From an uncultured virus (IMG/VR IMGVR_UViG_3300020047_006293) (taxonomy: Duplodnaviria; Heunggongvirae; Uroviricota; Caudoviricetes): a stretch of 64,000 bases of DNA. A model generated the notes under the pieces. The model saw only the letters and a list, made by a program, of their open reading frames with translations, did no database searches and was not told the DNA's origin. The position numbers were made by a program, and so were the translations under genes. The stretch lies in the IMG/VR virus record IMGVR_UViG_3300020047_006293; one strand, 5' to 3'. This document shows, one piece after another, positions 28,966 to 39,809 of the stretch (positions are counted from its first letter, which is position 1; each line of letters opens with the position of its first letter).

Positions 28966-30869
28966 TGGATAAATACGAACCAGTTGGGCTAGATCGATTC
29001 TACGCTGGCTGGGCTACAGATCGTGAGATCGGCTCACCTGGTCAGTTTTACTACTCAAAGCGTGTAGATTTTCGCAAGAATCCCTCTAGCTTCTCACTAC
29101 TACCAGGAACGGCCAACACTGATGGAGGTGTTGTAACTGATCTAGTACAGGCGATGGAGCAGGTCAACAGTGGCGTGAGGTATGCCCTAGGTGACGCGGG
29201 CAACTTCTACAAGATAACTACAGCTGGCGTATGGTCTGTCGCGTCAACAGTAGGACAAGCCGGTGGTGCTGGTTTGCTATACCGATCTGATGTAGACCAT
29301 CTATACATGACTGGACAGACTAAGGTGGCTAGACTACCGCGCGTGACAGCGGGTGCAGCCTACCAGCAGAACTGGTTTGAACGCGGTGTAAGTACCTGTT
29401 CAACCTGTACTAAAACTGGAGGTGCTAACACCTACACTCCACCTACTGCTATAGATGAGAACTTTAAACGTAGCTTCACATCGGATATAGAACCCCTATA
29501 CCAGATAGGCATAAAGCCTGTTTCCAAAGGTTCAGGTGACTGGACTCTAACTCTACATGACGACGCAAATAACTCACTTGGGACGGTGACTATCACCAAC
29601 GCTAACCTCAACAACAATGTTATTAACTACTTTGTTTTCTCATCACCTATCAGTATCCAGAGGGGTAACAACGGTGCTGGATCTGCGCTAACCTACCACT
29701 ACCACATTACCTCGTCTGTAGCCGATGGCACGATGGCCACCACCACTTCTGGTGCCTTATCAGACTGTGACATGGAGCTATGGGCGAATGCCCTTACAGA
29801 GACACGCAATGGCCTACACCCGATGGCACAGGCTGGCAACCTTACTCTGATCGGTAATGGGCGCTACGTGGCTTCATATGAGCCTTTGCAGGATAACCCC
29901 ACCACTGCCGACTTTAACCGTCATAGAATTACCCTACCACCAGGGTTTGAAGTATGTGGATTCGCACAAAAGAACCTCATGACAGTTATCGGGGCTGAAA
30001 AACGCAGTACAACTGGTGAGTTTCAAGAGGGTTATCTGTTTTTCTGGGATGCCGTCGCTGATACCTATAATGACTACTGGCCAGTGCCAGAAGGAAGCCC
30101 TGAGTCGCTATTTTCACACAAGAACGTCGTCTACTTCGTGGCTGGTGGAGCACTCTACCGCATGCGTGGTGGCGATGAGCCTATAAAGATAAAGACATTC
30201 CGCAACACTGATAGTGAATATTCAAGCATAGCTGACTCAACCCATCTCTACCCGAATATGATGACTGTTAGGCGCGGCATACTGTTGATGGGCTATCCAG
30301 GCACAACAACAAACCGATCACTTGAACATGGTATATATTCGCTTGGGGCGATCACCAACGAATACCCAGAGAGTTTTGGCTATAGCTATACGACATCGAA
30401 CGATAGCATACTAAACACCGGCAGTAACAACCTGAAGATTGGTATGGTCAAATCATACGGTGATACCCTATACATATCTTGGAGAGATGACGCAGCTACT
30501 CCGCAGAAGTACAGTGTTGATATAATCAACAACTCCTCGACTCCAGCTGCATCGGGTGAACTAACTAGCCTTATGTTTACGGACGGACGGCCGTACTCCT
30601 ATAAAAAAGCGGGGTATATCATGGCAACATTTGACTCGCTGCCAGCTAACACCTCAGTTACATTGAAATATAAGATTGATGGTGCGACGAGCTGGACGTT
30701 AGGAGAGACAGTTACGTCAGGATACTTCGCTAAAATTCCTATAGATGCCCGATACCTAACGATTGAGTTTGGTGTAGATGTTACTTGTTCTGGTACGACA
30801 TCACCAACAATATCTGGTATGTATCTGTTTACCGATCTACTTCGAAGCGAACAACCGATTGGGGGATAA
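28965..30869 (+). CDS. Tail nozzle/stabilisation protein (podovirus-type)
   Basis: 634 aa beta-rich protein after the adaptor; no tape-measure gene in the module. Confidence 0.5.
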   Translation: MDKYEPVGLDRFYAGWATDREIGSPGQFYYSKRVDFRKNPSSFSLLPGTANTDGGVVTDLVQAMEQVNSGVRYALGDAGNFYKITTAGVWSVASTVGQAGGAGLLYRSDVDHLYMTGQTKVARLPRVTAGAAYQQNWFERGVSTCSTCTKTGGANTYTPPTAIDENFKRSFTSDIEPLYQIGIKPVSKGSGDWTLTLHDDANNSLGTVTITNANLNNNVINYFVFSSPISIQRGNNGAGSALTYHYHITSSVADGTMATTTSGALSDCDMELWANALTETRNGLHPMAQAGNLTLIGNGRYVASYEPLQDNPTTADFNRHRITLPPGFEVCGFAQKNLMTVIGAEKRSTTGEFQEGYLFFWDAVADTYNDYWPVPEGSPESLFSHKNVVYFVAGGALYRMRGGDEPIKIKTFRNTDSEYSSIADSTHLYPNMMTVRRGILLMGYPGTTTNRSLEHGIYSLGAITNEYPESFGYSYTTSNDSILNTGSNNLKIGMVKSYGDTLYISWRDDAATPQKYSVDIINNSSTPAASGELTSLMFTDGRPYSYKKAGYIMATFDSLPANTSVTLKYKIDGATSWTLGETVTSGYFAKIPIDARYLTIEFGVDVTCSGTTSPTISGMYLFTDLLRSEQPIGG

Positions 30870-32385
30870 ATGGCAGACTTTGCACGGATAAATAAGAACG
30901 ATGAAACCTACCCGAAGCGTAGCTATGACGGTGGTGAAAATCAGTCATATGGGTTCAATCCCGCATTCAAATTGCAGACTGGTAACACTCGCGGTACACA
31001 GTCAGTTGGTTATGGTGGCGCAAAGATTGATGGCGCAAACAATAGAATAGTCGTTACTAACCCTATGGATGGGACATCACTTGGTATGGGAACTATACCT
31101 GGCTCAGACGAGTTTGGATTCTTTGCACTAGATGCCAATGGGGTACTTATATATAAGAATGTAAACGGTACGCAATCGTACTATAACCCCGTGGATAGCT
31201 TCAACAACTCTATCCTTATCGGTGCAGCACCTGACGACGGACGTACCGGCATATGGACTGGGGAAATAGGCCAGGATGTAAACGAACTACTGGGGGGCTA
31301 GATGCCAGCTAGTATAACCGCAGCCCCTAGTTTTCTACTAGATACTGATTACCCACTCGATAAAGCTATATTCCTAGGTAGTGGATCATTTACTATGGGA
31401 GCTAGTACCACTGGGTCTGAGTTCGTAAACCATGGCCTCCCTTTCATACCGTTAATCGCTGGTTACTGGTCTTTGACGTCAGATTTTTCACTAAACTATG
31501 AGTTTGGAAATGGCGTGTTTCCATCGGGCAACCCAGGTTATCTGTTTCAGCGAGAGATCGGCTACGTGCAAGCGACTATAACTCAAGTGAAAATGGACTG
31601 GGTTAACATATCGACGGCCACAACAGCGTACTATCGACTCTACGCCTTCGAGCCTAGCAACCTGACAACCGACATAGCATCAGTATCAGCGACGAGCGAT
31701 GGCTTTGTGCTAAACACAGACTATAACTATCTAAAGCTTCTCTCTGCCGATACTGCGTCTCCTGGTACAGCCACGACATACACTGTAACGCACGGGCTAG
31801 GCTATAAGCCACAGGTACTAGCATGGTTTGAGTATGCGGCTGTTCCTGGTTTTGTAGCGCCCGTTACCACTGAGTCTACAGTGGCACTCGAAGTAAATGA
31901 TACTGCGATAGTATTTCAAAACCCTTTCGCAGATAATGTGTCGGCTGTTCACTGGAGGATATACCTAGATGGCTAGTCCTAACAAGTTTATTTCTAACAC
32001 TGATTTTCCAACACTAAAGAATGACAACTTTGGCGAGGTGAGCGTTACTGTCCCAGGTAGCCTCTCTATACCTGGGTCATCTAGCACTTTTTACAGTGGT
32101 GATCTCACAATTGGGGTGCAGGGTTCAATCTCCCGTGCTAGATTCAAATCAACAGTTACGGATACAGCCTGGCACAGTGGCACGCAAAGAGAATTCATAC
32201 GCACTGGTACAGAAAGCGGTTTCCCTGCCACCTACAGCATCTACGCGTTTACTTACCGACTCAGCCCTACAGTGCTTAGATGCCAGGCGTCGATCCCAAA
32301 TCCTTACGCCGGAACTTTGACTGGTGCCGTTACTGGCGAGACGATCAGCTTCTACGTTAACACCTTTATACCTCCTTTTATTTGA
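30870..32385 (+). CDS. Three tail-associated proteins (30870..31301, 31302..31976, 31969..32385)
   Basis: Contiguous ORFs; HGLPFIP/HGLGYKP and TD(Y/F)P repeats. Confidence 0.55.
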
Positions 32386-32411
32386 CAATCGTATGCGTAT
32401 AGTGGTATCAT

Positions 32412-32906
32412 ATGCACATGAAGAAAAGAGTCGTTATCGTCGGTTTGTCAGTCGCCGTACCACTCATGGTCGGCCTGGCAACGCTCAACAAGGAAGAGAC
32501 TATGAATAAAACGCCTACAAATAGCACTAAAATAGATACTCCAGTGACTGAAGCAAAGACTACTCCGAGTACCGTCACTCCAGCAGAACAACCTACCGCT
32601 GTAGCTCCTGAGATAGCGGCAACTCCAGCCCCAACTCCCGATCCAGTAGTTAGAAGCTCAGAGGCTATAATCCTAGACTATGCAAACCTATCTGGAGATG
32701 ATGAGTTGTTAAAGTGTACGCGAATGATCATCGCTCAGTTCCCTCAGCGATTCATGGAAAATAACCGAGAGGTCAACATAAAGTTGCTATCTGACAGGTT
32801 TGCAAGCTCGCGTTCTGCGCTATTACCCGTCCCAGACAACACGCATTTTGAATACCTACGAGACAATGGCCAGGGTGACTTTTGGCAGCGATCTGGAGGG
32901 TTATAA
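32412..32906 (+). CDS. Membrane-anchored/exported moron-like protein
   Basis: KKR plus hydrophobic signal, Pro/Thr linker; own TTGACA...TATCAT promoter at about 32382-32411. Confidence 0.55.
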   Translation: MHMKKRVVIVGLSVAVPLMVGLATLNKEETMNKTPTNSTKIDTPVTEAKTTPSTVTPAEQPTAVAPEIAATPAPTPDPVVRSSEAIILDYANLSGDDELLKCTRMIIAQFPQRFMENNREVNIKLLSDRFASSRSALLPVPDNTHFEYLRDNGQGDFWQRSGGL

Positions 32907-32997
32907 AGTATCCCAATAAAGGTAGATATGTGCTAATATATAGTCAACAGTCCCACGACTTCCAGTGGGTCTTTTTTGTTTAAAAAAGGAATCAATC

Positions 32998-33759
32998 ATG
33001 CCACCTAGCAGCGCAGCAGCATACCAGAGTCTCACAGCCTTCAAGCCTCGTTCATCAACGGACGTTATGGCTGAGTCTAACAAACAGTACGACGTTGAGG
33101 GTTCTCAGGGTCGTTTGAGTGCGCTCAAAGGGCTGGTAGGCAACCTACAAAGCTCTGTTGAGGCTGTTGATCCATCAGTCACTGGGCGGACATCAGGGAC
33201 GTTTACGACAGAGGGTCAGCGTCAAGCGCTTGTATCTAAAGAACGTGCGCCAATCCTTAGTGACCTATCTAAACAGCAAGGTGCATTCTCCAACGAACAA
33301 CAGAATCTGAACACATCACAGAGTCTAGCTGCTCAGATGGCCTCTGCGCTGCTTTCTGATGACCAGAAGACATACCAACGTCTCCTAGACCAATACAACG
33401 CCGCTACAGCTGCTGAACAGGCTGCACAGCAGAAGTTACAGTGGGAACAACAGCAAGCTGAGTCAAAACGCCAGTTTGATGCACAATTACAGGTATCAAA
33501 GGCTAATGCGGGCGGCGGTTCGAGTGGCGCACAGGTTAACCCTGGGCAAGAGTTCCTGAACTATATCGCTAGCCAGTTCAAAGCTAATGGTGGTGCAGGT
33601 AACAACAAAGTATCGCGCCAAACACAAGATGCATGGGCTAACGCATGGTTCGCACAAAACGGGGTATCTAAAGAAAACAGGCAACAGTACTGGAACCTCT
33701 ACAACTCGACATACAAGCGATCTTCTGACCCGACTAAGGACTGGCGTTGGGCTAAGTAG
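32998..33759 (+). CDS. Putative DNA ejection (pilot) protein
   Basis: Gln/Ala-rich helical protein after the tail genes; AAGGA RBS. Confidence 0.5.
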   Translation: MPPSSAAAYQSLTAFKPRSSTDVMAESNKQYDVEGSQGRLSALKGLVGNLQSSVEAVDPSVTGRTSGTFTTEGQRQALVSKERAPILSDLSKQQGAFSNEQQNLNTSQSLAAQMASALLSDDQKTYQRLLDQYNAATAAEQAAQQKLQWEQQQAESKRQFDAQLQVSKANAGGGSSGAQVNPGQEFLNYIASQFKANGGAGNNKVSRQTQDAWANAWFAQNGVSKENRQQYWNLYNSTYKRSSDPTKDWRWAK

Positions 33760-33767
33760 GTAGCCTA

Positions 33768-35615
33768 ATGGCAAACCCTTACAACAACCCAAGTGCTGTC
33801 TCCGGTGCTGGCCTTACCACTTATTCTAAGAAAGACCAGAAGAATGGCCTTAATGTCTACGATCAATTTGGCGCTGACTCACGTAGTCAAGCTGAACAGG
33901 AAAATGAGGATCGTAAAAAAAGACTAGCTGAGGCCGACGCTAAAAGAGCTGCGGAACTGGCGAAACAGCCAAAGAAGGCACCCGAACCACCAAAGCGGGG
34001 GCTTGTTGATAATATACTGACAAAAGTCAGTGATTTTGCGAGCAAGGTCAACAATGCAACATACGGAACAGCGTATGACATGGTAAAGAGTTCTATAGAT
34101 GGAGCTAAAACAACTGGAGAAGTGTTGAATATGGCTACCGGCAATGACCCAGGTAAAATGAAGAACCTGATAGCCGATGACCGTCGTAAAACTCTGCAAG
34201 AGGCGTATGATTCAGGGAAAATAACCAAAGAGCGCTACCTACAGGGTATGGAGAAGGTACGGAAAATATACTCTAGCGTTAAAACTGATGCCGCAAAGAC
34301 CAACATTGCTAAAAAAGACCAGGCCCAAGCAGCTGGTGATGTAGCCGGGACGTTCCTCGATGTAGCTACCCTTGGATTGGGTGGCAAGGTGCTGAGACAG
34401 GGAGCGAAGGCTGGTACTGAAGGTGCAAAAAAGATGGGAGGGGCGGTAGTTGACGATTTCCTGAAAGGCGCTCCAGTAGGTGCAGCTTATGGTGCTAATG
34501 ACACGGTGAGACAAAAAGGGAACGCTACAACTGCAAGTGATTTGGGCGACGGCGCTGCAGTCGGTGGACTAGTCGGTGGACTAGTCGGAGCTGCTGCACC
34601 TTTTGTCGGTCGTGTACTACCTGAAGTTCAGACACGCATGAGTGCCCTAAAAAACAAGCTCAAAAAAGGAGAGCCTGTCGATATGCCACCGCCAAATGAT
34701 GTGCCAGTGACACCAGTCACGCCAGATACCACAGTGACTAAAACTGTTAGCGAAGCTCCGAAGTCGTTTGCTCCTCTTGACGAATCGACCATGCATAAAA
34801 CATCTATACTCAAAGCTGAATCCGATGCTACGCCAGTACCAGCCGGACATACACGCCTTTACCAGACGAATGATGTTGGGCCTAGTGGTATAAAATCAGA
34901 CCAGTACTTCAAGACTCCTGAAGAAGTTGGTAATTTTATCAATGGCCGATCTGACAAATCAGAACTGAAGTTTGTAGACGTACCTGATAGCCAAGTCAAA
35001 GATGTTCCTGGAAAGCCGACCGTATTTAAAATAGAAGATGCACCGGCAATTCAAGAACCAAAGATCATACCAACCGTCATAACCCCTAAGTTGGCTCAAC
35101 GCGTTCGCACTGATGCTATAAAAAAGAAAATGATATATGGCTTCGACAAGACGTTCAATGATATGCCAGAGATGGACAGGATAAATCGAAAGGAACAGTT
35201 TAGCAAGGCCACTGAACTAGTCTTAAACGATCCAGAGACAGCTATGAAAGTGGCTATGGGTCAACAAGCGGCACCTGATGGTATTCTAAATAACAGTGTA
35301 TGGATGGCGGCCAAAGAGTATGCAGAGAATACCGGAGACGTTGATCTAATGCGTAAACTAGGCCAGTCTGAACTTACCAGCCGGGCAACTGGTATGGGCC
35401 AGGAGCTTAGTATGCTCGCCGAAAAAGATCCAACCTCAGCGGTCACAAAGATAAAAGAGCTAGCTGATGCGCGTCGTGCAGCTGTAGATAAGCGACTAGG
35501 GAAGAACAAAACCGTTGCCAAACTGGAACAAGCTGACCACAAGGCTGTCAAAGCTGCTACACCAAAGATCGACAAATATGACTGGCATTCATTTGTGGAG
35601 TCTATAAAATGTTAG
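33768..35615 (+). CDS. Putative ejection/internal virion protein
   Basis: 615 aa with Gly-rich hydrophobic helices (GGLVGGLVG). Confidence 0.5.
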   Translation: MANPYNNPSAVSGAGLTTYSKKDQKNGLNVYDQFGADSRSQAEQENEDRKKRLAEADAKRAAELAKQPKKAPEPPKRGLVDNILTKVSDFASKVNNATYGTAYDMVKSSIDGAKTTGEVLNMATGNDPGKMKNLIADDRRKTLQEAYDSGKITKERYLQGMEKVRKIYSSVKTDAAKTNIAKKDQAQAAGDVAGTFLDVATLGLGGKVLRQGAKAGTEGAKKMGGAVVDDFLKGAPVGAAYGANDTVRQKGNATTASDLGDGAAVGGLVGGLVGAAAPFVGRVLPEVQTRMSALKNKLKKGEPVDMPPPNDVPVTPVTPDTTVTKTVSEAPKSFAPLDESTMHKTSILKAESDATPVPAGHTRLYQTNDVGPSGIKSDQYFKTPEEVGNFINGRSDKSELKFVDVPDSQVKDVPGKPTVFKIEDAPAIQEPKIIPTVITPKLAQRVRTDAIKKKMIYGFDKTFNDMPEMDRINRKEQFSKATELVLNDPETAMKVAMGQQAAPDGILNNSVWMAAKEYAENTGDVDLMRKLGQSELTSRATGMGQELSMLAEKDPTSAVTKIKELADARRAAVDKRLGKNKTVAKLEQADHKAVKAATPKIDKYDWHSFVESIKC

Positions 35616-35624
35616 GGGTATACC

Positions 35625-37592
35625 ATGGCTAATTTTTGCCTCATGCCAGAGACTATAACCAAGTTCAAACAGGGTCTTGTTAGTGGTGAGATCGATCCAG
35701 CTAAGTTATCACAGATGAGTTCCCAGGAACGCAATGATCTGTTTAGCAAGTACGTCGGTTCGTCAAACGCTAAAGCGGTAAACGCTGCGTTTGAATCTAA
35801 ACTACTTCTTAAGAATCAAAAGCAGGGTATGATCACATGGGCGAAACAGGTGTCTGGAATCAACCCAGCTGCACGTAGAGACATCATAAAGCGTATCGAG
35901 AATATGCAGACCATACTCGACCCTGTAGACGAAAAACAGTTCATGCGTGATCTCACTCAGACTCGACTAGGTATCAACGTATCTGAGCAAGAAGCAAAAA
36001 AGATAGCCGACCTGTCCAAAAAAGTATCCGACCTAGAGGCTATGAGGAAAGCTGACAAAACATTCGAGTCTAATGATATACGTCTTGAATATGGTCGAGC
36101 CGTAGAAGATTTGACAAGCTATGTTAGCGACCTGAAGATAAACTCCGAGAAGGTAAAACTTGGCGACATCAAAAACCCTGGGCCATTACTAGGCAGGGTA
36201 GTGGATAAGACAGCGGGTAACTTGAAATCTCTAAGTGCCTCACTAGATAACAGCTCAATCTTCCGACAGGGGTGGAAGACTCTTATAACTAACCCGAATA
36301 TTTGGCGCAAAAATGCTGCACAAACATTTATAACTGCCGCAAAGACTGTCGGTGGGAAAAATGTTATGCGCGAAGTTAACGCCGACATCATATCGCGTCC
36401 AACCTACGACAAGATGGTAAAAGCGAAACTAGCTATAAAGAACCCTGAAGAAGCGTTCCCAGAGTCACTCGCCGAAAAAGTCCCCGCAATCGGCAGACTC
36501 TACAAAGCAAGTGAGAGCGCCTACACAGGATTCGTGTATAAAACTCGTGCCGATGTTTTTGACAAGTATCTTAAAGTTGCAGAGAAGGCTGGTGTCGACA
36601 TTGAAAGTAAGGAGCAGCTTGAGGCTATAGGAAAGCTAGTTAACTCTCTAACTGGTCGAGGAAACGTTGGAAAACTAGAGCCTATCAGCACTACCCTGAA
36701 CAACGTATTTTTCTCACCTCGGTTTCTCAAGTCGAACATAGATACGCTCACCGCCCATGCACTAGATAAAGGGATAACGCCGTTTGCTCGTAAACAGGCA
36801 GCTATTAACCTAGCAAAAATCATTTCGGCAACAGCGGGTATACTAGCAACAGCTGACGCTGTGTTACCTGGTAGTGTTGAATGGGATCCCCGCAGCACAG
36901 ACTTTGGAAAGATTCGAGTCAAAGACACTAGGTATGATGTTACTGGGGGCATGGGTTCGATAGCAGTACTCGCAGCACGGCTGATCAAACAGGAGTCCAA
37001 GAGTTCATCATCTGGCAAAATAACAAAGATTGACAGTGGTGAGATAGGGTCAAAGAGCAGCAGCGATACTGTCTTCGACTTCTTTATGAACAAACTATCA
37101 CCTGCCTCATCTCTCATAGTAAAACTAAAAGAGGGTCGAGACTTTAGGGGTGAGGAAATAAGCCCACTCAAGGCTGCTGGCCAGGTCGTCACTCCTATAG
37201 GCTTACAGAATGCTCAAGAAAACTTCACCAACCCAAATGCAGCTAACCCCATGGTAAGCCTCATCCTCGATGGTCTAGGAATTTCAGCGAGCACCTACTC
37301 GCCATCCGGCGGGTCAGAGTCTAGTTGGCAAAAAAGTGACGCTAAAAAGATAAAGGCGTTTAAAGAGGCTGTCGGGGAGGACAAGTTCAAAGAGGCGGGT
37401 GATTTGTTTGATAGTAAATACAATGAGTGGATCGGCCGTATGGTAAAAGATCAAAGGTACAAGGCTTTATCTGACGACGCCAAAGCCTCGCTTATATCTA
37501 AGAAGAAGGCGGCTATAGAGAAGGAAATCTTTAGTAACAATAATTTCAAGTATAAGGCAGCGAAGAAGGCGTCAAACGATGAACTTCTGTAG
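35625..37592 (+). CDS. Putative large ejection/internal virion protein
   Basis: 655 aa; FFSPRF and DPRSTDFGKI motifs reminiscent of large polyvalent/ejection proteins. Confidence 0.5.
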   Translation: MANFCLMPETITKFKQGLVSGEIDPAKLSQMSSQERNDLFSKYVGSSNAKAVNAAFESKLLLKNQKQGMITWAKQVSGINPAARRDIIKRIENMQTILDPVDEKQFMRDLTQTRLGINVSEQEAKKIADLSKKVSDLEAMRKADKTFESNDIRLEYGRAVEDLTSYVSDLKINSEKVKLGDIKNPGPLLGRVVDKTAGNLKSLSASLDNSSIFRQGWKTLITNPNIWRKNAAQTFITAAKTVGGKNVMREVNADIISRPTYDKMVKAKLAIKNPEEAFPESLAEKVPAIGRLYKASESAYTGFVYKTRADVFDKYLKVAEKAGVDIESKEQLEAIGKLVNSLTGRGNVGKLEPISTTLNNVFFSPRFLKSNIDTLTAHALDKGITPFARKQAAINLAKIISATAGILATADAVLPGSVEWDPRSTDFGKIRVKDTRYDVTGGMGSIAVLAARLIKQESKSSSSGKITKIDSGEIGSKSSSDTVFDFFMNKLSPASSLIVKLKEGRDFRGEEISPLKAAGQVVTPIGLQNAQENFTNPNAANPMVSLILDGLGISASTYSPSGGSESSWQKSDAKKIKAFKEAVGEDKFKEAGDLFDSKYNEWIGRMVKDQRYKALSDDAKASLISKKKAAIEKEIFSNNNFKYKAAKKASNDELL

Positions 37593-37707
37593 TATGGGTT
37601 TATATTCAAATATATGTTAGACTATACCTAATAGCTCTACAGCTTCTGTAGAGCCTTTTTGTATCAAATCAAATAGGAACGCTGCAATCTAATGGAAAAA
37701 ACGTCAT

Positions 37708-38133
37708 ATGCTCGATAAAATAAGTGATGTTTCGGTCATTGTAGGTATCGGCGAAGTAATCGCGATAGTCTTTATCGCCTATATTTATGCAAAATCTAAG
37801 ATACCAAAAGAGACCATAGCTCAACAGGCAACCCTGATCGATGCCTTAGAGAAACGCATCAAGGCGATGGAAGATGACAACCGAGATCAGCTAAAAAAGC
37901 ACATTGAGAATGAAAAGGCTATCGCCGATCTCCAGGGGCAAATCAAGGTATATAAAGAACTCCCACTTAGGGAGATCTCTAAGAGCCTCAAAGCACTAGA
38001 GGACTTACCGTCTCAATTCGAGAAGATCAGTAACAGTAGCGCTGAGAAGATTATATCTAGCGTTACACATGTAAAGTCTCAGCATGTCGATACCCAGACA
38101 GTGAGAAATGAAACCGTAGAAAATAAGCAGTAG
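37708..38133 (+). CDS. Transmembrane plus coiled-coil lysis-module protein
   Basis: N-terminal TM helix; directly upstream of the endolysin. Confidence 0.55.
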   Translation: MLDKISDVSVIVGIGEVIAIVFIAYIYAKSKIPKETIAQQATLIDALEKRIKAMEDDNRDQLKKHIENEKAIADLQGQIKVYKELPLREISKSLKALEDLPSQFEKISNSSAEKIISSVTHVKSQHVDTQTVRNETVENKQ

Positions 38134-38141
38134 GAGGTGAT

Positions 38142-38915
38142 ATGTCAGCACGAGACTATTCAGTAACCTTCCCATACGGAGCCACTGACGCCCCGTACTC
38201 AGTTTCTAAACCTCATAGGGGTAACGACCGCCCGTGTCCTACCGGAACCCCAGTAGTTATAGGCGAGACGACAATAGGTTGGACTGGCTCGACAGGGTGG
38301 GCTACAGGGCCACACCTCCATACACAGGCAGGGAGCGATCTCTGGTGCCAGCAGACATTCAACCCAACAGGTTTAGAATTTCGTGGCGGAACTGTCGCAG
38401 CGAAAGGCTGGGCTGACCAGTGGGGAAACTACGTGATCATTAACACTGGGGCAGGTTATATCTGCTACGCGCATCTTTCCCAAACCAACGCAACAGTTGG
38501 ACAAATAATTAACGGAGTATCGACAGGAGGTACAGCAGTGGACACAATCAAATCTATGTACTGGCGTCTTCTCGGACGAGAGGCAGACCAGGATGGTATC
38601 AACACCTACGTCAAAGCGGCAGCAGAACGAGGCTGGGAGTTTGTTTACACAGACCTCAAAAACTCACCAGAAGGTCAAACTGACTGGGATAGGCGTAACC
38701 CTACCCGAGTCGCAGCCCTCGAAAAGCAGCTCGCTGATGTAAAAGCAGCCCTTGTAACCGCCGAGAACAAGCCACCAGTCGAAGTCATAAAAGTCGTGGA
38801 GAAGATCGTCGAGAAACCTGTAGGGGGTATCGACGAGGCTACCAAAGCTCAGATTAACGAAACCAATGCTATCGCCAAGTGGCTACAGTCAGCGTGGAAC
38901 AAGGTTTTCAAGTAA
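38142..38915 (+). CDS. M23-family peptidase endolysin
   Basis: HRGND, TGPHLH, GNYVII and YAHL; C-terminal LLGREAD cell-binding-like domain. Confidence 0.8.
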   Translation: MSARDYSVTFPYGATDAPYSVSKPHRGNDRPCPTGTPVVIGETTIGWTGSTGWATGPHLHTQAGSDLWCQQTFNPTGLEFRGGTVAAKGWADQWGNYVIINTGAGYICYAHLSQTNATVGQIINGVSTGGTAVDTIKSMYWRLLGREADQDGINTYVKAAAERGWEFVYTDLKNSPEGQTDWDRRNPTRVAALEKQLADVKAALVTAENKPPVEVIKVVEKIVEKPVGGIDEATKAQINETNAIAKWLQSAWNKVFK

Positions 38916-38925
38916 AGGAGTAATC

Positions 38926-39156
38926 ATGTTTACTAAACTATTTTGGATGGACACCCTAGAACGTGCTATACGCACCTTCGCACAAGGGTTTCTCTCTGTC
39001 ACCACACTAGCCTCAACAGGTTGGCTAGAAGCTAACTGGGACGCAGCTTTAATGACTGGTGCTGTTGCAGCATTTCTATCAGTTGTGACCAGCCTCGTGA
39101 GTTCTGGTAGTGGCAACTCTGCCTCATTCGTCGTTGACGCAAAGAAAATGAAGTAG
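38926..39156 (+). CDS. Holin (r1t-like)
   Basis: FWMDTLERAIRTFAQ motif and two TM segments; AGGAG RBS. Confidence 0.8.
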   Translation: MFTKLFWMDTLERAIRTFAQGFLSVTTLASTGWLEANWDAALMTGAVAAFLSVVTSLVSSGSGNSASFVVDAKKMK

Positions 39157-39405
39157 CCATGGAAATGCGGGATGAACACGAACGATTCGTCGAAGGTGCC
39201 ATCCCCCACGACATCGACCCTGAATCAATCGCTACTCTTATAGCCTTCCAAAAAGCTATAGAAGACAACAAGCGAGCAGAAACTTTACCGGACATCTGGG
39301 ACTGACCTAGCAAGCCTTGACGGCCGGAAAATCAAGCGCATACTAAGAGCAGCACCTTCACATCTCATATGCACGGCCAAGTTAAGTTTAGAAAAGAGTT
39401 TAGTT

Positions 39406-39738
39406 ATGAAAGAAGTTAAAGCCCTGAGAGGTAGGTCATATAGGACCCTCCTTAAAGTTGATTACAATGACGCCCCAACTGGGTTCGCAGTGTTTGTGGC
39501 GCACGATGACCTAGATAGCCTTATAGGGCGTCTGATGCAGATGTGCGACCTCATAGGCGACCAAGAACAGCGCAAAGCGCTCAAGGACACGATTAAGGGT
39601 ATTTCGAGAGAATGGCTCGACGGTATCTACAGTGATTCAGGATACGAAAAATGGACGGGTATAGCTGGCGGGGTTAGACCCGTCGTTATACAGGAAACTG
39701 TGTTTGTCAAACTAAGCGAAGACAAACCAGTCGAATAA
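39406..39738 (+). CDS. Hypothetical protein enclosed by an inverted repeat; homolog at 52758..53105
   Basis: Shared LDxLIxR...LK...ISRxWLDxxYxDxGY motif. Confidence 0.75.
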   Translation: MKEVKALRGRSYRTLLKVDYNDAPTGFAVFVAHDDLDSLIGRLMQMCDLIGDQEQRKALKDTIKGISREWLDGIYSDSGYEKWTGIAGGVRPVVIQETVFVKLSEDKPVE

Positions 39739-39809
39739 TAATCACTTGGCCGTGGTTACGAGATGTGAGATAATGTGCACATACCGCTTCGCAGGTAGCA
39801 CGTATCAGC

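Noticed and set aside
36521..37192. 223-aa minus-strand ORF and the other minus-strand ORFs in the track
   Set aside because: Antisense shadows of well-supported + strand genes, with no recognisable motifs
39358..39768. Integron attC cassette
   Set aside because: The arms enclose the gene rather than follow it, lack clear RYYYAAC/GTTRRRY boxes, and the integrase shows no evident IntI-specific insertion
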